Shown one piece after another: positions 14,946 through 25,036 of a stretch of 41,836 nt of DNA. The stretch is from Acidobacteriota bacterium (lineage in GTDB: Bacteria > Acidobacteriota > Blastocatellia > RBC074). The notes under the pieces were generated by a model that was not told where the DNA came from, ran no database searches, and saw only the letters and a program-made list of their open reading frames with translations. The translations under genes and the position numbers were made by a program. Position 1 is the first letter of the stretch, and each line of letters starts with the position of its first letter. Location: NCBI GenBank assembly GCA_041160645.1, contig JBEAVZ010000113.1, forward strand, positions 1-41,836. Reading direction: 5' to 3'.

Positions 14946-15710
14946 ATGTCACCACCACGAATGAGACGAATCTATCGGTTTTCGGTCTGCCTACTCGCCA
15001 TGCTCGCGTTGTCCGGTGATCAGCCTCGACAGCTCCGGGCCGCGTCTGACCACTCCGGCGCGGTGAGCCGTGCGGAAGGCCGAATCACCTCTGAAGAGAT
15101 AATCCTGAGGGTCATCGAAGAGAGCCGCCGGCGCGAAGCACTTCTGCAACGTTACTCGGTGCAAAGTGTCTACCGCGTGACCACGGATGATGGCAAAGTC
15201 CGTGCCGAGGTCAAGGCCGTCCTCAGTTACCGCGCACCAGGAGCGAAGGAGTTTCACATTATTGCCGAACGCGGATCAGAGACGATTCGCAACCGGGTCT
15301 TCAAACCGCTCATGGAGGTGGAGGTCGAGACGGCGGCGGGTCGCAGCCGGCACAACGGATCGATCACTCCCGCCAACTACAACTTCCAGCTTTTGAACGA
15401 GGAGGTTGTCGACGGTCACCCGTGTTACGTGCTCGAGGCCATCCCCCGCCGCGCCGACAAGTACCTCTTCACGGGCCGGATCTGGATCCACCGGAGCGAA
15501 TTCTCAATCGTCCGGATTGCCGGTCAACCGGCGCGCAACCCATCTTTCTGGATCAGCCGCGTTGAGTTTGTTCGTCGGTACCAGAAGATCGGCGAGTTTT
15601 GGCTGCCGGCCCATAACGAATCTAAGACCCAGGTCAAACTCTTTGGGCGCAATATCCTGACCATCGAGTATGACGATTACGAGATCTCGCAGACCGCCAG
15701 CGATTCATAA
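14946..15710 (+). CDS. Secreted LolA/RseB-fold (outer-membrane lipoprotein-sorting-like) protein
   Basis: Signal peptide MRRIYRFSVCLLAMLALSG. The C-terminal region GHPCYVLEAIPRRADKYLFTGRIWIHRSEFSIVRIAG ... EFWLP resembles the LolA-like family often found beside FtsX-type ABC exporters. Confidence 0.5.
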   Translation: MSPPRMRRIYRFSVCLLAMLALSGDQPRQLRAASDHSGAVSRAEGRITSEEIILRVIEESRRREALLQRYSVQSVYRVTTDDGKVRAEVKAVLSYRAPGAKEFHIIAERGSETIRNRVFKPLMEVEVETAAGRSRHNGSITPANYNFQLLNEEVVDGHPCYVLEAIPRRADKYLFTGRIWIHRSEFSIVRIAGQPARNPSFWISRVEFVRRYQKIGEFWLPAHNESKTQVKLFGRNILTIEYDDYEISQTASDS

Positions 15711-16201
15711 TCTGGCCTATCGGCGGGGGTCTGGTGGCGATACTCCCGGACGATCCGGCCCTGGTGAACGAGAAATGCGCCGGGCATCCGGAGCGGGTCA
15801 CCGACCGGCACTCCAAAGCCAAACCGGCGGATGATCGCCGCCTCGAAGCCCCGCTTCCAGACCGTCAGCCAATTCGATAGGTTAAAGATCTCTCCGATGC
15901 TCATGCGGCGGAGACCAAATTCGCGGTAGAGGCGGGCCTCCGGGTCACTGAACCGGGCGATCTCCGCATCTCCCCACCGCGCAAAGAATGGCCGGGCCTC
16001 AGCCTCGCTGCCCATATGGATGAACGCGACCCGCGTTCCTGTCGCTTCGATCGTCTGGCGGCGGGCTTTCACCTCGGCCAGCGTCTCGCGACAAAACGTT
16101 CAGCCGTAATGGCGGAGGAAGATGACCAGCACCGGTTGGCGTGCGGACATCTCGCGCAGACTCTCTCCATGCTGATTGCGAATTGTCTCCATCATCTCCA
16201 T
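15677..16201 (-). CDS. Peroxiredoxin-like (AhpC/TSA_2, PRXL2-type) thioredoxin-fold protein with an in-frame TGA at 16100-16102: candidate selenoprotein (UxxC), or a nonsense pseudogene
   Basis: Minus-strand frame: ATG(16201) MEMMETIRNQHGESLREMSARQPVLVIFLRHYG-TGA-TFCRETLAEVKARRQTIEATGTRVAFIHMG... This runs on into the 131-aa track ORF (15677-16072). The TGA is the only stop in that stretch. GGAG sits 10 nt upstream of the ATG. An alternative start is ATG 16150. Confidence 0.55.
16041..16092 (-). promoter_or_regulatory. Candidate bacterial SECIS-like stem-loop downstream of the in-frame UGA
   Basis: On the mRNA, GUCGC (16092-16088) pairs with GCGAC (16045-16041), and the inner CUGGC pairs with GCCAG. 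The apical region CGAGGUGAAAGCCCGCC contains GGU about 24-40 nt after the UGA. Paired by eye only, not folded. Confidence 0.3.
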
Positions 16202-16237
16202 CTTCAACAAGCTCCTGTTTGAAAAAGTTGGTCCATC

Positions 16238-17167
16238 TCAGGAGGCCGGAACGAGACGCTCCGGCCATTTGGTCGACATTCCCGACCAGATCAACAGAAT
16301 CAGGGCCATCCAGATCAGATCTGAGAGCAGCAGGTGAATGATCTGCAACGGAATGGGGGCATGAAGCAGCAGATTGACCAGGCCGAGGGCGAATTGAATC
16401 GTCACCAGAGCGATCAGATAGCGCGAGAAGTTGAGAGTCCACCGTCCCGGTCGCCAGAGGCGGACGGCCACCGCGGTCACGACGAGCAGTGTGGAGACGA
16501 CTATGGCGATGATCGGGTGATAGATCCGGAGCCTGACCAGGATGTGGGCCGTCGGCGAGAGATCCTCCCGCAGTCCTTCGGCCACCGAGGTGACCGGAAA
16601 GAGGGTCGCCCCGAGAGCGCTGATCGCCCCGCTGACCCCGACGAGGAGGGTGGCCAGAATCGTCAGCAGACACAAGAGGCGCAACCTTCCCTGCCCGGCC
16701 AGTTTCAGACGCTCCCCCGTCGTCGCCACCCACGCCGTGACCGTCAGACAAGCGAGGAGAATGAAGGTATTGAGAAGATGGGCGCCCATCCACCACGCAC
16801 GCGCCACCGATTTGTTCAAGGCCACGTACTCGAAAAGGACCAGTCCGGCGCCCACCAGAGCCTCCGTCAGCATGAAGAAGAGCGAGAGCGCGGCCAGAAA
16901 GCGGACGTGATGGCGCTTCTCATAGGCACGCCACGCATAGATGACCAGTCCAATCACCATCAACAACGCCAGACCACTGGTCAATCGGTGTGAAAATTCG
17001 ACGATGGTCGCCATGGTCGGCGTCCGCGGGACAACCTCGCCATTGCAGAGCGGCCAATGGCTGCCACAGCCGGCGCCAGATCCGCTCGCTCGCACATACG
17101 CACCCCACATGATCACCAGCAGGTTGTAACCAACAACCAGCCACGCATACTTGGAGAATCTGTTCAT
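16238..17167 (-). CDS. ctaA: Heme A synthase (COX15/CtaA family)
   Basis: 309-aa polytopic ORF. N-terminus [38 protein letters not shown] (conserved Cys pair), with His-containing helices (EFSHRL, GAHLLN). Confidence 0.8.
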   Translation of the reverse strand: MNRFSKYAWLVVGYNLLVIMWGAYVRASGSGAGCGSHWPLCNGEVVPRTPTMATIVEFSHRLTSGLALLMVIGLVIYAWRAYEKRHHVRFLAALSLFFMLTEALVGAGLVLFEYVALNKSVARAWWMGAHLLNTFILLACLTVTAWVATTGERLKLAGQGRLRLLCLLTILATLLVGVSGAISALGATLFPVTSVAEGLREDLSPTAHILVRLRIYHPIIAIVVSTLLVVTAVAVRLWRPGRWTLNFSRYLIALVTIQFALGLVNLLLHAPIPLQIIHLLLSDLIWMALILLIWSGMSTKWPERLVPAS

Positions 17168-17416
17168 ATGAATTCCTGCTGCAGATTAATGAATCAACGA
17201 TCAACCTGGTCGCCCGGGTTGAGCCGAGGCGGGACGACAATCTGGCGCCTCCACTGGCCATCCCCTGCCCACAGAATACCGACCAGACTGCCTGGCAGAC
17301 GGGCGGAAGGACGGTCGGGAAGACGGTCCACCACGCCTTACCGGCATTCCATTACCGATTATAAGCCCGGCCAGCGGCAAAGGTCGATTGTCTCCTTACG
17401 ACCACATCGCGCCGAG

Positions 17417-18997
17417 TCATCCCTTCAACCGCTGCGCCGCTTCGATTCGGATGAGGGCACGCTCCTCCTCACCGACCCGGTTCAAACCAAGCACGGCCGG
17501 GCCAAGGCGCGGATTGGCCCGCAGCGCCGACTCGTTTTCGATCAAAAAGTTCCAGTAGAGCGTATTGAATGGGCACGCCTCCGCACCAGTTCGCTGTTTC
17601 GGTTCATAAGTGCACCCTTTGCAGTAGTCGCTCATGCGGTTGATGTAGTTGGCCGAGGCAATGTACGGCTTGGTCGCTGTCCGGCCACCATCGGCATTGA
17701 GCCCCATTCCAATCACGTTTGGCAGGACCACCCAGTCGAAGGCGTCGATATAGACGGCATTGAACCAGTCCGCGACTTGCCGTGGATCGATCCCGGCGAG
17801 CAGGCAGTAGTTGCAGATGATCATGAGCCGCTCGATATGGTGTGAGTAGCCATCATCGAGCACCCGCGAGACCACCTGCTTCAGACAGTTCATCTCGGTC
17901 TTCCCAGTCCAGAAGAGATCCGGAAGCGGCCGCCGCGCCTGCCAGTGGTTGGCGGTCGTCAGTTCCGGCATCTGCTGCCAATACTGCCAGTAGATGAACT
18001 CGCGCCAGCCCAGAATCTGGCGGATAAAGCCCTCGACGGAGTTGATGGGCGCCTGGCCAGCGCGATAGGCTTGCTCCGCGGCGCGAATCGCCACCAGCGG
18101 ATCGATCAGGCCAAGATTGAGGTAGGGGGAGAGGAGCGAATGGAAGAGGGTCGCCGAACGCGTGGTCATCGCATCTTCATATGGACCAAAGTCGGCCAAT
18201 CTGGTCGCGATAAACAGCTGCAGCGCCTCGGCCGCCTGGGAACGCGTCACCGCCCATCGAAAACCGTCAACCGTGCCTGTCCCTCCCTCTTCACGGGCGA
18301 TCTCCGCCATCACCTGGCGGGTAATGGCATCCGGCTCCCAGCCATCGGGCGGCGGCAACTGCAGCCGCGCGGGGAGTGGCTTTCGGTTCTCTTCATCAAA
18401 ATTCCACTTACCACCCGCCGGAGCGCCGTCCGCCTCGAGAAGAACACCGAAATGGCGACGCATCTCGCGGTAAAAGTTCTCCATGACCACCCTTTTGCGT
18501 GGCGCCGGGTCGGGATATGGATTGTGCTGTCCGGTAAGAAATTGGACGTTGGGCAGGACTTTAAAATGTTGCGGATCGCCACCTGAACTGGCGAAGAGGG
18601 TGGGAATGGTGACTGACTGGAGCCGCCGCGCGCCGAACTCGCTGGCGGCCATGGTATAAAATGCCGGCGGACGAACCCTCTCCACATGGGCCTTGAGCCC
18701 CTCCGTGATTGAGGCGGACTGAAGATAATCGACCTGGTATCCCCTGCCCCGCAGATCCTCGGCATAATGGCGCATCGCGCTCAGCACGAGGACCTGCTTG
18801 TGTCGATGGTAGGGAAGCCGAACCCTTCTGGCCCGACTCTCGATCAGCGCCACCACCAGACCATCACGTCCATGAACTTCTTCAGCCGCCCGCAGGGCGG
18901 GGTGCTCGGCAAGCAACTGGTCACCGGTGATCCAGACCGTTGCCTGACCTCCGGTGCGCGAAGTCTTAGAGCTCCCGCGGACTGGTGTACTGCTCAT
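17417..18997 (-). CDS. Cryptochrome/photolyase-family protein of the FeS-BCP/CryPro (PhrB/CryB-like, COG3046) type
   Basis: VWITGDQLL N-terminus. The C-terminal YIASANYINRMSDYCKGCTYEP ... ACPFNTLYWNFL carries the clustered Cys residues typical of [4Fe-4S] bacterial (6-4) photolyases. The ATG at 18997 was chosen because the upstream part of the track ORF overlaps the small gene. Confidence 0.8.
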   Translation of the reverse strand: MSSTPVRGSSKTSRTGGQATVWITGDQLLAEHPALRAAEEVHGRDGLVVALIESRARRVRLPYHRHKQVLVLSAMRHYAEDLRGRGYQVDYLQSASITEGLKAHVERVRPPAFYTMAASEFGARRLQSVTIPTLFASSGGDPQHFKVLPNVQFLTGQHNPYPDPAPRKRVVMENFYREMRRHFGVLLEADGAPAGGKWNFDEENRKPLPARLQLPPPDGWEPDAITRQVMAEIAREEGGTGTVDGFRWAVTRSQAAEALQLFIATRLADFGPYEDAMTTRSATLFHSLLSPYLNLGLIDPLVAIRAAEQAYRAGQAPINSVEGFIRQILGWREFIYWQYWQQMPELTTANHWQARRPLPDLFWTGKTEMNCLKQVVSRVLDDGYSHHIERLMIICNYCLLAGIDPRQVADWFNAVYIDAFDWVVLPNVIGMGLNADGGRTATKPYIASANYINRMSDYCKGCTYEPKQRTGAEACPFNTLYWNFLIENESALRANPRLGPAVLGLNRVGEEERALIRIEAAQRLKG

Positions 18998-19235
18998 AGT
19001 GACGGAAAGGCTCGACACCAGGAACGAAATCGTACTTCGTCTCCGGAGCACGCTCTTCGAGCTTAACGACCTCAACCGCCTCGATCAGCAGACGATCAAA
19101 ACTCTCGAGCGGGCTTCCATTGCGGAGACAGGCGCGGACATGCGTCCTCACCACCTGGTCGACTTTCGCCTTCTGCTCAGAGGTCAGCTTGTTCAACATC
19201 TTAATTGTCTGATCGGAAATTTTATTGGTAATCAT
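18966..19235 (-). CDS. Hypothetical 89-aa protein, translationally overlapping the photolyase gene
   Basis: Strong SD (AAGGAGAG, with 6 nt between it and the ATG). Its stop lies 32 nt inside the photolyase ORF. I recognise no family. Confidence 0.55.
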   Translation of the reverse strand: MITNKISDQTIKMLNKLTSEQKAKVDQVVRTHVRACLRNGSPLESFDRLLIEAVEVVKLEERAPETKYDFVPGVEPFRHYEQYTSPREL

Positions 19236-19422
19236 CTTTTATCTCTCCTTCTCCTCGCTCTCTCTCCACTCTACACTGTTACGTCCAATTTTTCACAAAG
19301 TGAGAGCTTAAATAACCGATAAGATTTGCAATTTGGTTACATTTCTCCAACGTGAGTATTTTTTACCCGATTAGTTGGTGTCATTTTGACCATTTCGTGC
19401 TTTTCACCCGGTCTGGTCAGGA

Positions 19423-20169
19423 TCAGCGACTTCGCAGGGAGCCGAGCCCCCCGTCAATTCCAATAATCTGACCGGTGACCCAGTGTTGAGCCGGATCGAG
19501 CAGCCAGGCGAGTCCCGACGCCACGTCAGCGGGTTCACCGATTCGCCCCAGCGCGTGCATGGCAACGGAGGCCTTGAGTGACAACTCGTTGCCGGTAATC
19601 CGGCTGGTCATCGGAGTGCGGACCAGTCCGGGAGCAACCGCGTTGATCCGGATGCCCTTGGGGGCATAGGTTGCGGCAGCGGAGAGGACCAGTCCCTCGA
19701 CGGCCCCCTTGGCGGCGGCGATGGCCTCGTGATTAGCCAGCCCGATCCGGGCCGCAGCGGATGAAACGAGCGCGATCGCTCCTCCGGTCGGCATCATGGC
19801 CTTGACGGCCGCTCTGGTGACGGCGAAGGCGCTGCCGAGATTGGTGTTGAGCGTGGCCTGCCACTCCGACTCGGAGGTGAGGTGAAGTGGTTTGAGGAGC
19901 AGTGAACCGACGCAGTTGGCGACTCCGTCGAGACGACCAAACTTTTCGACGGTCTGCTGAAGACTTTTCTCAACTTCCAACAGGTTGGTCGCATCAACCT
20001 CGAGGGGTTCGGCCCCGATCTCCGCACAGATCTCGTCGAGGCGGGCCAGTTGGCGACTGGCGAGGAGCAGCCGACTGTGGCCACCGGCGGCGAGTTGCCG
20101 GGCGAGCGCCGACCCTATTCCACCACTGGCTCCAAAGATTACATAGACTCTTTCGTGCTGCTCACTCAT
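19423..20169 (-). CDS. Short-chain dehydrogenase/reductase (SDR) family protein, atypical active-site region
   Basis: Cofactor motif VIFGASGGIGSALA and the SDR core NAVAPG. The expected YxxxK reads IAAAK (NHEAIAAAKGAVEGL). Start taken at ATG 20169 (MSEQHERVYVIFGASGG). Confidence 0.75.
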   Translation of the reverse strand: MSEQHERVYVIFGASGGIGSALARQLAAGGHSRLLLASRQLARLDEICAEIGAEPLEVDATNLLEVEKSLQQTVEKFGRLDGVANCVGSLLLKPLHLTSESEWQATLNTNLGSAFAVTRAAVKAMMPTGGAIALVSSAAARIGLANHEAIAAAKGAVEGLVLSAAATYAPKGIRINAVAPGLVRTPMTSRITGNELSLKASVAMHALGRIGEPADVASGLAWLLDPAQHWVTGQIIGIDGGLGSLRSR

Positions 20170-20220
20170 TGCGGCTCTCTCGTTGGGACGATCAGGTGTC
20201 AGAATTACCTCCACCGTCAC

Positions 20221-20260
20221 TAAAAGTGAGGGCAGGGAGACTGATCTGCCCTGCCCTCAC
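20221..20260 (-). terminator. Intrinsic terminator downstream of the fasciclin gene
   Basis: 12-bp stem GTGAGGGCAGGG (20226-20237) with CCCTGCCCTCAC (20249-20260) and an 11-nt loop. On the minus strand it is followed by UUUU (plus 20222-20225). Confidence 0.7.
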
Positions 20261-20277
20261 ACTCAACCTCGACCAAT

Positions 20278-20766
20278 TTACTTGGGCAGGATGACTGAAT
20301 CGATGACGTGAATGACACCGTTGGTGCAGGCAATGTCGGTCTTGACCACGTTGGCATTGTCGATCATGACATTGCCATCCTTGACCGTGACCTTGACGGA
20401 TGAACCCTGCGCCGTCTTGGCCTCCTTCAGCTTGACCACGTCCTTGGCCATCACATTGCCAGCGACGACGTGATAGAGCAGGACCTTCTTGAGGGCCTCT
20501 TTGTCGGCGAGCAGGCTGTCGAGGGTCGCCTTGGGAACCTTGGCGAAAGCCTCATCGGTTGGCGCGAAGACCGTGAACGGTCCATTGCCCTTGAGAGTCT
20601 CGACCAGACCAGCCGCCTTTACGGCCGTCACGAGCGTGTTGAAGCTGCCAGCTCCAACCGCGGTGTCGACGATATCCTTCTTGTCCGGATTGGCCACCAC
20701 CGGCATAGCCGTCAACGCGAAAGCGACCGCGATCATCATCACCGACATCTTGATCTTGTTAAACAT
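20278..20766 (-). CDS. Secreted fasciclin (FAS1) domain protein
   Basis: Signal peptide [22 protein letters not shown]1 motifs [10 protein letters not shown] and [13 protein letters not shown]. Confidence 0.85.
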   Translation of the reverse strand: MFNKIKMSVMMIAVAFALTAMPVVANPDKKDIVDTAVGAGSFNTLVTAVKAAGLVETLKGNGPFTVFAPTDEAFAKVPKATLDSLLADKEALKKVLLYHVVAGNVMAKDVVKLKEAKTAQGSSVKVTVKDGNVMIDNANVVKTDIACTNGVIHVIDSVILPK

Positions 20767-21123
20767 TTCCTTCTCCTGTCTGATTGTTGACTATTTAATA
20801 AATGTAAGGCTGGAGAATATTCTCACCGGCCTCAAATGGAACCCTTATGCAAAAACCAAATATTCTGTGCAAATCTTCAGGCCGTCTGTCTCTGCTGGCC
20901 ATCCGGCTCCGCTGGCAGCTCGGGGCGGCTTAGGCATAGGATTGGAGACGGGATAATGCATCGTCTCTCCTGCCAGTCACACGCCACGCCACTGTTTTGA
21001 CTGCCGTTTCAAATCTGTTATGCACAATGTGAAAGGTATGCCACTGTACACATCCTGTCAAGATCTGACCTATGACAAAACCTTGGCATTTATGTTCATA
21101 TTATATTCCCTCCAATTCTTAGT

Positions 21124-21153
21124 TTGACAGTAACTGGACAACAAACCTACGAT
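21124..21153 (+). promoter_or_regulatory. Sigma-70-like promoter candidate TTGACA-18 nt-TACGAT upstream of the SRPBCC/ABC operon
   Basis: TTGACA at 21124-21129 and TACGAT at 21148-21153, about 55 nt upstream of the GTG start at 21207. Confidence 0.35.
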
Positions 21154-21206
21154 GAGATTCTCGGAAATCCGGGAGAATGGTCAGGTTTATCAGAGGAGTT
21201 TGAGAC

Positions 21207-21671
21207 GTGGCACACCAGAAGTTCATCAGGGAGACGGAGATTCCGGCCCCGCCGGAAGAGGTCTTTGCGTGGCATGAGCAGCCGGGAGCGGTGGAGAAGC
21301 TGACCCCGCCCTGGGAGCGGGTCGAGATGGTCGAGCGGGCGGAGAGCCTGCAGGTCGGCACTCGAGTCGTCTTCAAGGTTGTCATGGGCCCGCTTCGGCA
21401 GCGCTGGGTGGCCGAGCATACCGAGTATGATCCGCCCCATCTCTTCACGGACGTACAGCGAGAGGGCCCGTTCGCTTTCTGGCGCCACCGGCACCGGTTC
21501 GAGCGCACCGCGGCCAATACCACGCGGATGATCGATGAGATCGAGTATGCCCTTCCCCTTGGATTTCTGGGAGAGATCTTTGGCGGGAGTTTTACCAGAA
21601 CGAAGCTGCGCCGGATGTTCGACTATCGGCATCAGGTGGTGCTCGACCATTTCCGGGGGATACAACCTTGA
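21207..21671 (+). CDS. SRPBCC (START/cyclase-dehydrase-like) ligand-binding protein
   Basis: 154 aa with a GTG start 8 nt after [36 protein letters not shown] ... [13 protein letters not shown] is typical of the COG4276-type SRPBCC family. Confidence 0.7.
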   Translation: MAHQKFIRETEIPAPPEEVFAWHEQPGAVEKLTPPWERVEMVERAESLQVGTRVVFKVVMGPLRQRWVAEHTEYDPPHLFTDVQREGPFAFWRHRHRFERTAANTTRMIDEIEYALPLGFLGEIFGGSFTRTKLRRMFDYRHQVVLDHFRGIQP

Positions 21672-22342
21672 TCCTTAGTCTGAGCAATGTGCGAAAGCGC
21701 TATGAGGGCGGAGAGGCAGTGGTCGAGGCCGTGCGTGGCGTGACATTAAGCCTTGCGGCGGGCGACTTCGTTGCGCTGATGGGCCCCTCCGGCTGCGGCA
21801 AGTCGACCTTGCTCCACCTCTGCGGGGCGATGGATCGGCCCTCCGAGGGAGAGCTGATGATCGAGGGAACCGACATTCGCCGCCTCAACGATGACCAGTT
21901 GACCGCGCTGCGGCGCAGACGGCTTGGATTTGTCTTTCAATTCTTCAATCTCCTGCCGACACTGACCGTTCGCGAGAACATCGAATTGCCGCTGCTGCTC
22001 GGTGGAGCGCCGGCAGATGAGTCGGCACGTCGGGCGGTCAGCCTGGCGGAGCGGGTCGGGCTCGGCCACCGTCTTGGCCATTATCCACAACAGTTATCGG
22101 GTGGGGAGATGCAGCGAGCGGCGATTGCCCGGGCGGTCATTCATGAACCCGCGCTGCTGATTGCCGATGAACCGACCGGAAACCTCGATTCAGGAAACGG
22201 GGAGAAGGTACTTGAACTGTTGCGGGAGCTGAATCGTGACCTTGGACTGACAATTCTCATGGCGACCCACAGCAATGAGACTGCGGCGATCGCCTCGCGA
22301 CTGGTGCGGATGCGCGATGGACTGATCGAAGGGCAGGCGTGA
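21668..22342 (+). CDS. ABC transporter ATP-binding protein (MacB/LolD/FtsE-like)
   Basis: Walker [10 protein letters not shown], signature LSGGEMQR, Walker [13 protein letters not shown]. The TTG start overlaps the SRPBCC stop (TTGA). Confidence 0.9.
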   Translation: MILSLSNVRKRYEGGEAVVEAVRGVTLSLAAGDFVALMGPSGCGKSTLLHLCGAMDRPSEGELMIEGTDIRRLNDDQLTALRRRRLGFVFQFFNLLPTLTVRENIELPLLLGGAPADESARRAVSLAERVGLGHRLGHYPQQLSGGEMQRAAIARAVIHEPALLIADEPTGNLDSGNGEKVLELLRELNRDLGLTILMATHSNETAAIASRLVRMRDGLIEGQA

Positions 22343-22448
22343 TCTTGCCGGTCGATCCTGGCCACTAATCGGTCCGCCATCCGGCGGGACCATCCGGTGA
22401 GACATGATCTCCGGGAGGCCGCCTCCGACACAGGCCATTTTCCACTCT

Positions 22449-25034
22449 ATGAAACTATTCATCCAATTCATTATTCGCCACCTGATCCGTGAAAAAGTCC
22501 GGTCGATCGCGACCATCGTTGGCATTGCCCTCGGAATTGCGGTTGTGCTGGCGATCCAGATGACCAACGCCAGTTCACTCCGCGGATTTGAGAAGGCGAT
22601 CGAGACGGTCTCCGGACGAACCTCGCTGGAGATCGTCGGTTCAGGTCTTGGTTTGGATGAACGACTGGTCACCGACCTTGGCTGGCTCCGCCAATTTGGC
22701 CGCGTAGCCCCGGTCGTGGAGGGGGAGGCCGAAGCGCGGGCAGTCGACGGGCGGCGCGAGACGCTGCGGGTTCTCGGCGTCGATATACTCAAAGACCGGT
22801 CCTTTCGTGAGTACAACCTGCTGGAATTTGGCGGGCAGGATCCGACACCGCAACAGTTTCTCGAACTTCTGATCGACCCGCGGGGCATCGTCCTCACCGA
22901 AAAATTTGCGCGGCGGTGGGGGCTGAAGACCGGTGATGAGATCGAGCTGACCTTTGCCGACCGGGCGGAGCGGTACCGGATCAGGGGAATGCTGCTGGAT
23001 GAGGGGCCGGCGCGAGCGGTGGATGGCAACTTCGCGCTGATGGATATCGCGGCGGCCCAGTGGGCGCTGGGTCGGCTCGGTCGCCTCGACCGGCTCGACG
23101 TTCTGCTGGCCGAACGGAAGAGTCTCGACCAGGCCGAAGAGGAGATTCGCCGCCGGCTTCCGCCGGGGCTGGCTGTGCAGCGTCCGGCGCGGCGCGGCGC
23201 CCAGGTCGAAAAGATGCTCGAGGCCTTCCATTTCAACCTCGCCGCCCTCTCGTACATTGCCCTCCTGGTCGGACTCTTTCTGATCTACAACACTGTCTCG
23301 ATCTCGGTCATCACCCGCCGGGAGGAGATTGGGACGTTGCGGGCAGTCGGGGTGACCAGGCGGCGGATTCTCGCACTCTTTCTGGCCGAGGCCGCCGGGC
23401 TGGCGGTGATTGGCTGTGGACTTGGCCTGGCGCTGGCGCGACTGCTGTCTTACGGAGCGGTCAAACTGACGGCGACGACGGTGCAGTCTCTCTATATTGC
23501 CACCGCCGCCACGCCGGAGCCGCTCGGAATGAAGCAGGTTCTGCTGGCCTTTGGAATTGGACTGCCGCTGGCGCTCCTCGCCGCCGCCTTGCCGGCGCTG
23601 GAAGCGGCCCGGGTGGCGCCAATGGCGGCCATGCGCGGCCATGACCGGCTGGCGACACGCTATCGACTGCGTCCGGCGCTGTTGGCCGGCCCGGTAGTCC
23701 TCTTTGGGCTGGCGTGGTGGATGGCCGGGCAGCCAGCCGTGCAGGGGCTGCCGCTCTTCGCATATGGCGCGGCGATCTCGATCGTCTTCGGGGCGGCCCT
23801 GCTTGCCCCGGCTGTTCTCTATGGACTGGGAAAGATCGGCGACCGTCTCCTCTTCAAACTATTCAAGGTCGAGGGACGCCTGGCGAATGCCAATCTTGCC
23901 GGCTCGATCCCGCGCCTCTCGATCTCGGTCGCCGCCCTTGCGGTGAGCCTCTCGATGATGGTCGCCATTGCCGTCATGATCGGCAGTTTCCGGGAGACCG
24001 TCATCTACTGGGTCGGCCAGACGCTGCAGGCCGATCTCTACCTGCGCCCGGCGACGCGGAACAACGTCGCGACCGATGCGCCATTCTCTCCGGAGGTCGA
24101 GCAGATCGTCGCCAGCCATCCGGCAGTCGCAGCGGTCGATCGGTTCCGGAACTTCGATCTGGCCTATGGCGACGGGCTGGTGACGATCGGGACGGGCGAA
24201 TTTTCGACCTTGCTGACCTATGGCTCACTGCAGTTCAAGGAGCCAGCCAATCCGGAGGCTGGGCGCGAAGCGATGCGCCGGTCGATTGGTCAGGAGGCTG
24301 TCGTCGTTTCGGAGAGCTTCGCCCTCAAGTATGGGCGGAATCGCGGCGATGCGGTGACGCTCGATACTCCGCGCGGCCCGGTCGTCTTCAGGATCGCGGC
24401 CATCTATTATGACTATTCGAGCGATCGGGGCATTCTGGTCATGGATCGTGGGACGTTTGCGCGGTACTGGGGTGAGCCCCAGGCGACCAGTCTGACCGTC
24501 TACCTGCGCGATGATGCCGATCCCGACCAGGTGCGGAACGAACTCCTGGCGCGTTTCGGTGAAGAATACCGGGTCTTTATCTTCACCAACAAGACACTCC
24601 GGGAAGAGGTGCTCCGCATCTTCGACAGTACCTTCTCGATCACCTATGCCCTGGAGGTGATCGCCATCTTCGTGGCGATTCTGGGCGTCGCCTCGACACT
24701 GCTCACGCTGATCCTCGAGCGGCGTCGTGAACTCTCGATTCTGCGACTCGTCGGCGCTGATCATCGCCAGGTTCGAAAGATGGTCCTCATCGAGGCGGGA
24801 ATGATCGGGGCGGTCAGTCAGGCGATCGGGCTGCTGATCGGACTGCTGCTCTCACTGCTGCTGATCTATGTGATCAATGTCCAGAGCTTCGGCTGGACGA
24901 TCCAGTTTCACCTTCCGACCGGTTTTCTGGTCCAGTCGTCACTGCTGATCCTGGTGGCGACAGTGCTGGCGGGACTCTATCCGGCGCGGGCCGCCTCACG
25001 ACTGCCGGCGACTGAACAGGTGGCCGAGGAGTAG
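22449..25034 (+). CDS. ABC transporter permease with duplicated FtsX/MacB-type domains
   Basis: About 860 aa. Two blocks of four TM helices each follow a large extracytoplasmic domain, and the C-terminus has the FtsX-like pattern [11 protein letters not shown]. Start taken at ATG 22449 ([19 protein letters not shown]). Confidence 0.85.
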   Translation: MKLFIQFIIRHLIREKVRSIATIVGIALGIAVVLAIQMTNASSLRGFEKAIETVSGRTSLEIVGSGLGLDERLVTDLGWLRQFGRVAPVVEGEAEARAVDGRRETLRVLGVDILKDRSFREYNLLEFGGQDPTPQQFLELLIDPRGIVLTEKFARRWGLKTGDEIELTFADRAERYRIRGMLLDEGPARAVDGNFALMDIAAAQWALGRLGRLDRLDVLLAERKSLDQAEEEIRRRLPPGLAVQRPARRGAQVEKMLEAFHFNLAALSYIALLVGLFLIYNTVSISVITRREEIGTLRAVGVTRRRILALFLAEAAGLAVIGCGLGLALARLLSYGAVKLTATTVQSLYIATAATPEPLGMKQVLLAFGIGLPLALLAAALPALEAARVAPMAAMRGHDRLATRYRLRPALLAGPVVLFGLAWWMAGQPAVQGLPLFAYGAAISIVFGAALLAPAVLYGLGKIGDRLLFKLFKVEGRLANANLAGSIPRLSISVAALAVSLSMMVAIAVMIGSFRETVIYWVGQTLQADLYLRPATRNNVATDAPFSPEVEQIVASHPAVAAVDRFRNFDLAYGDGLVTIGTGEFSTLLTYGSLQFKEPANPEAGREAMRRSIGQEAVVVSESFALKYGRNRGDAVTLDTPRGPVVFRIAAIYYDYSSDRGILVMDRGTFARYWGEPQATSLTVYLRDDADPDQVRNELLARFGEEYRVFIFTNKTLREEVLRIFDSTFSITYALEVIAIFVAILGVASTLLTLILERRRELSILRLVGADHRQVRKMVLIEAGMIGAVSQAIGLLIGLLLSLLLIYVINVQSFGWTIQFHLPTGFLVQSSLLILVATVLAGLYPARAASRLPATEQVAEE

Positions 25035-25036
25035 CC

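Noticed and set aside
15999-16796. 265-aa minus-strand ORF overlapping ctaA and the redoxin gene
   Set aside because: It is out of frame with the clearly membrane-protein-like CtaA ORF. The translation is Arg/Gly/Pro/Asp-rich. It would also mask the more parsimonious TGA-containing redoxin reading.
21084-21102. Sigma-54-like promoter TGGCAT-N5-TTCA upstream of the SRPBCC/ABC operon
   Set aside because: The -12 element lacks the conserved GC (it reads TTCA rather than TTGC). The spacing also places it more than 100 nt from the start, and a better sigma-70-like site lies closer. Other TGGC-containing sites checked (4651-4665 on the minus strand, 6890-6910) also fail the GG-N10-GC rule.
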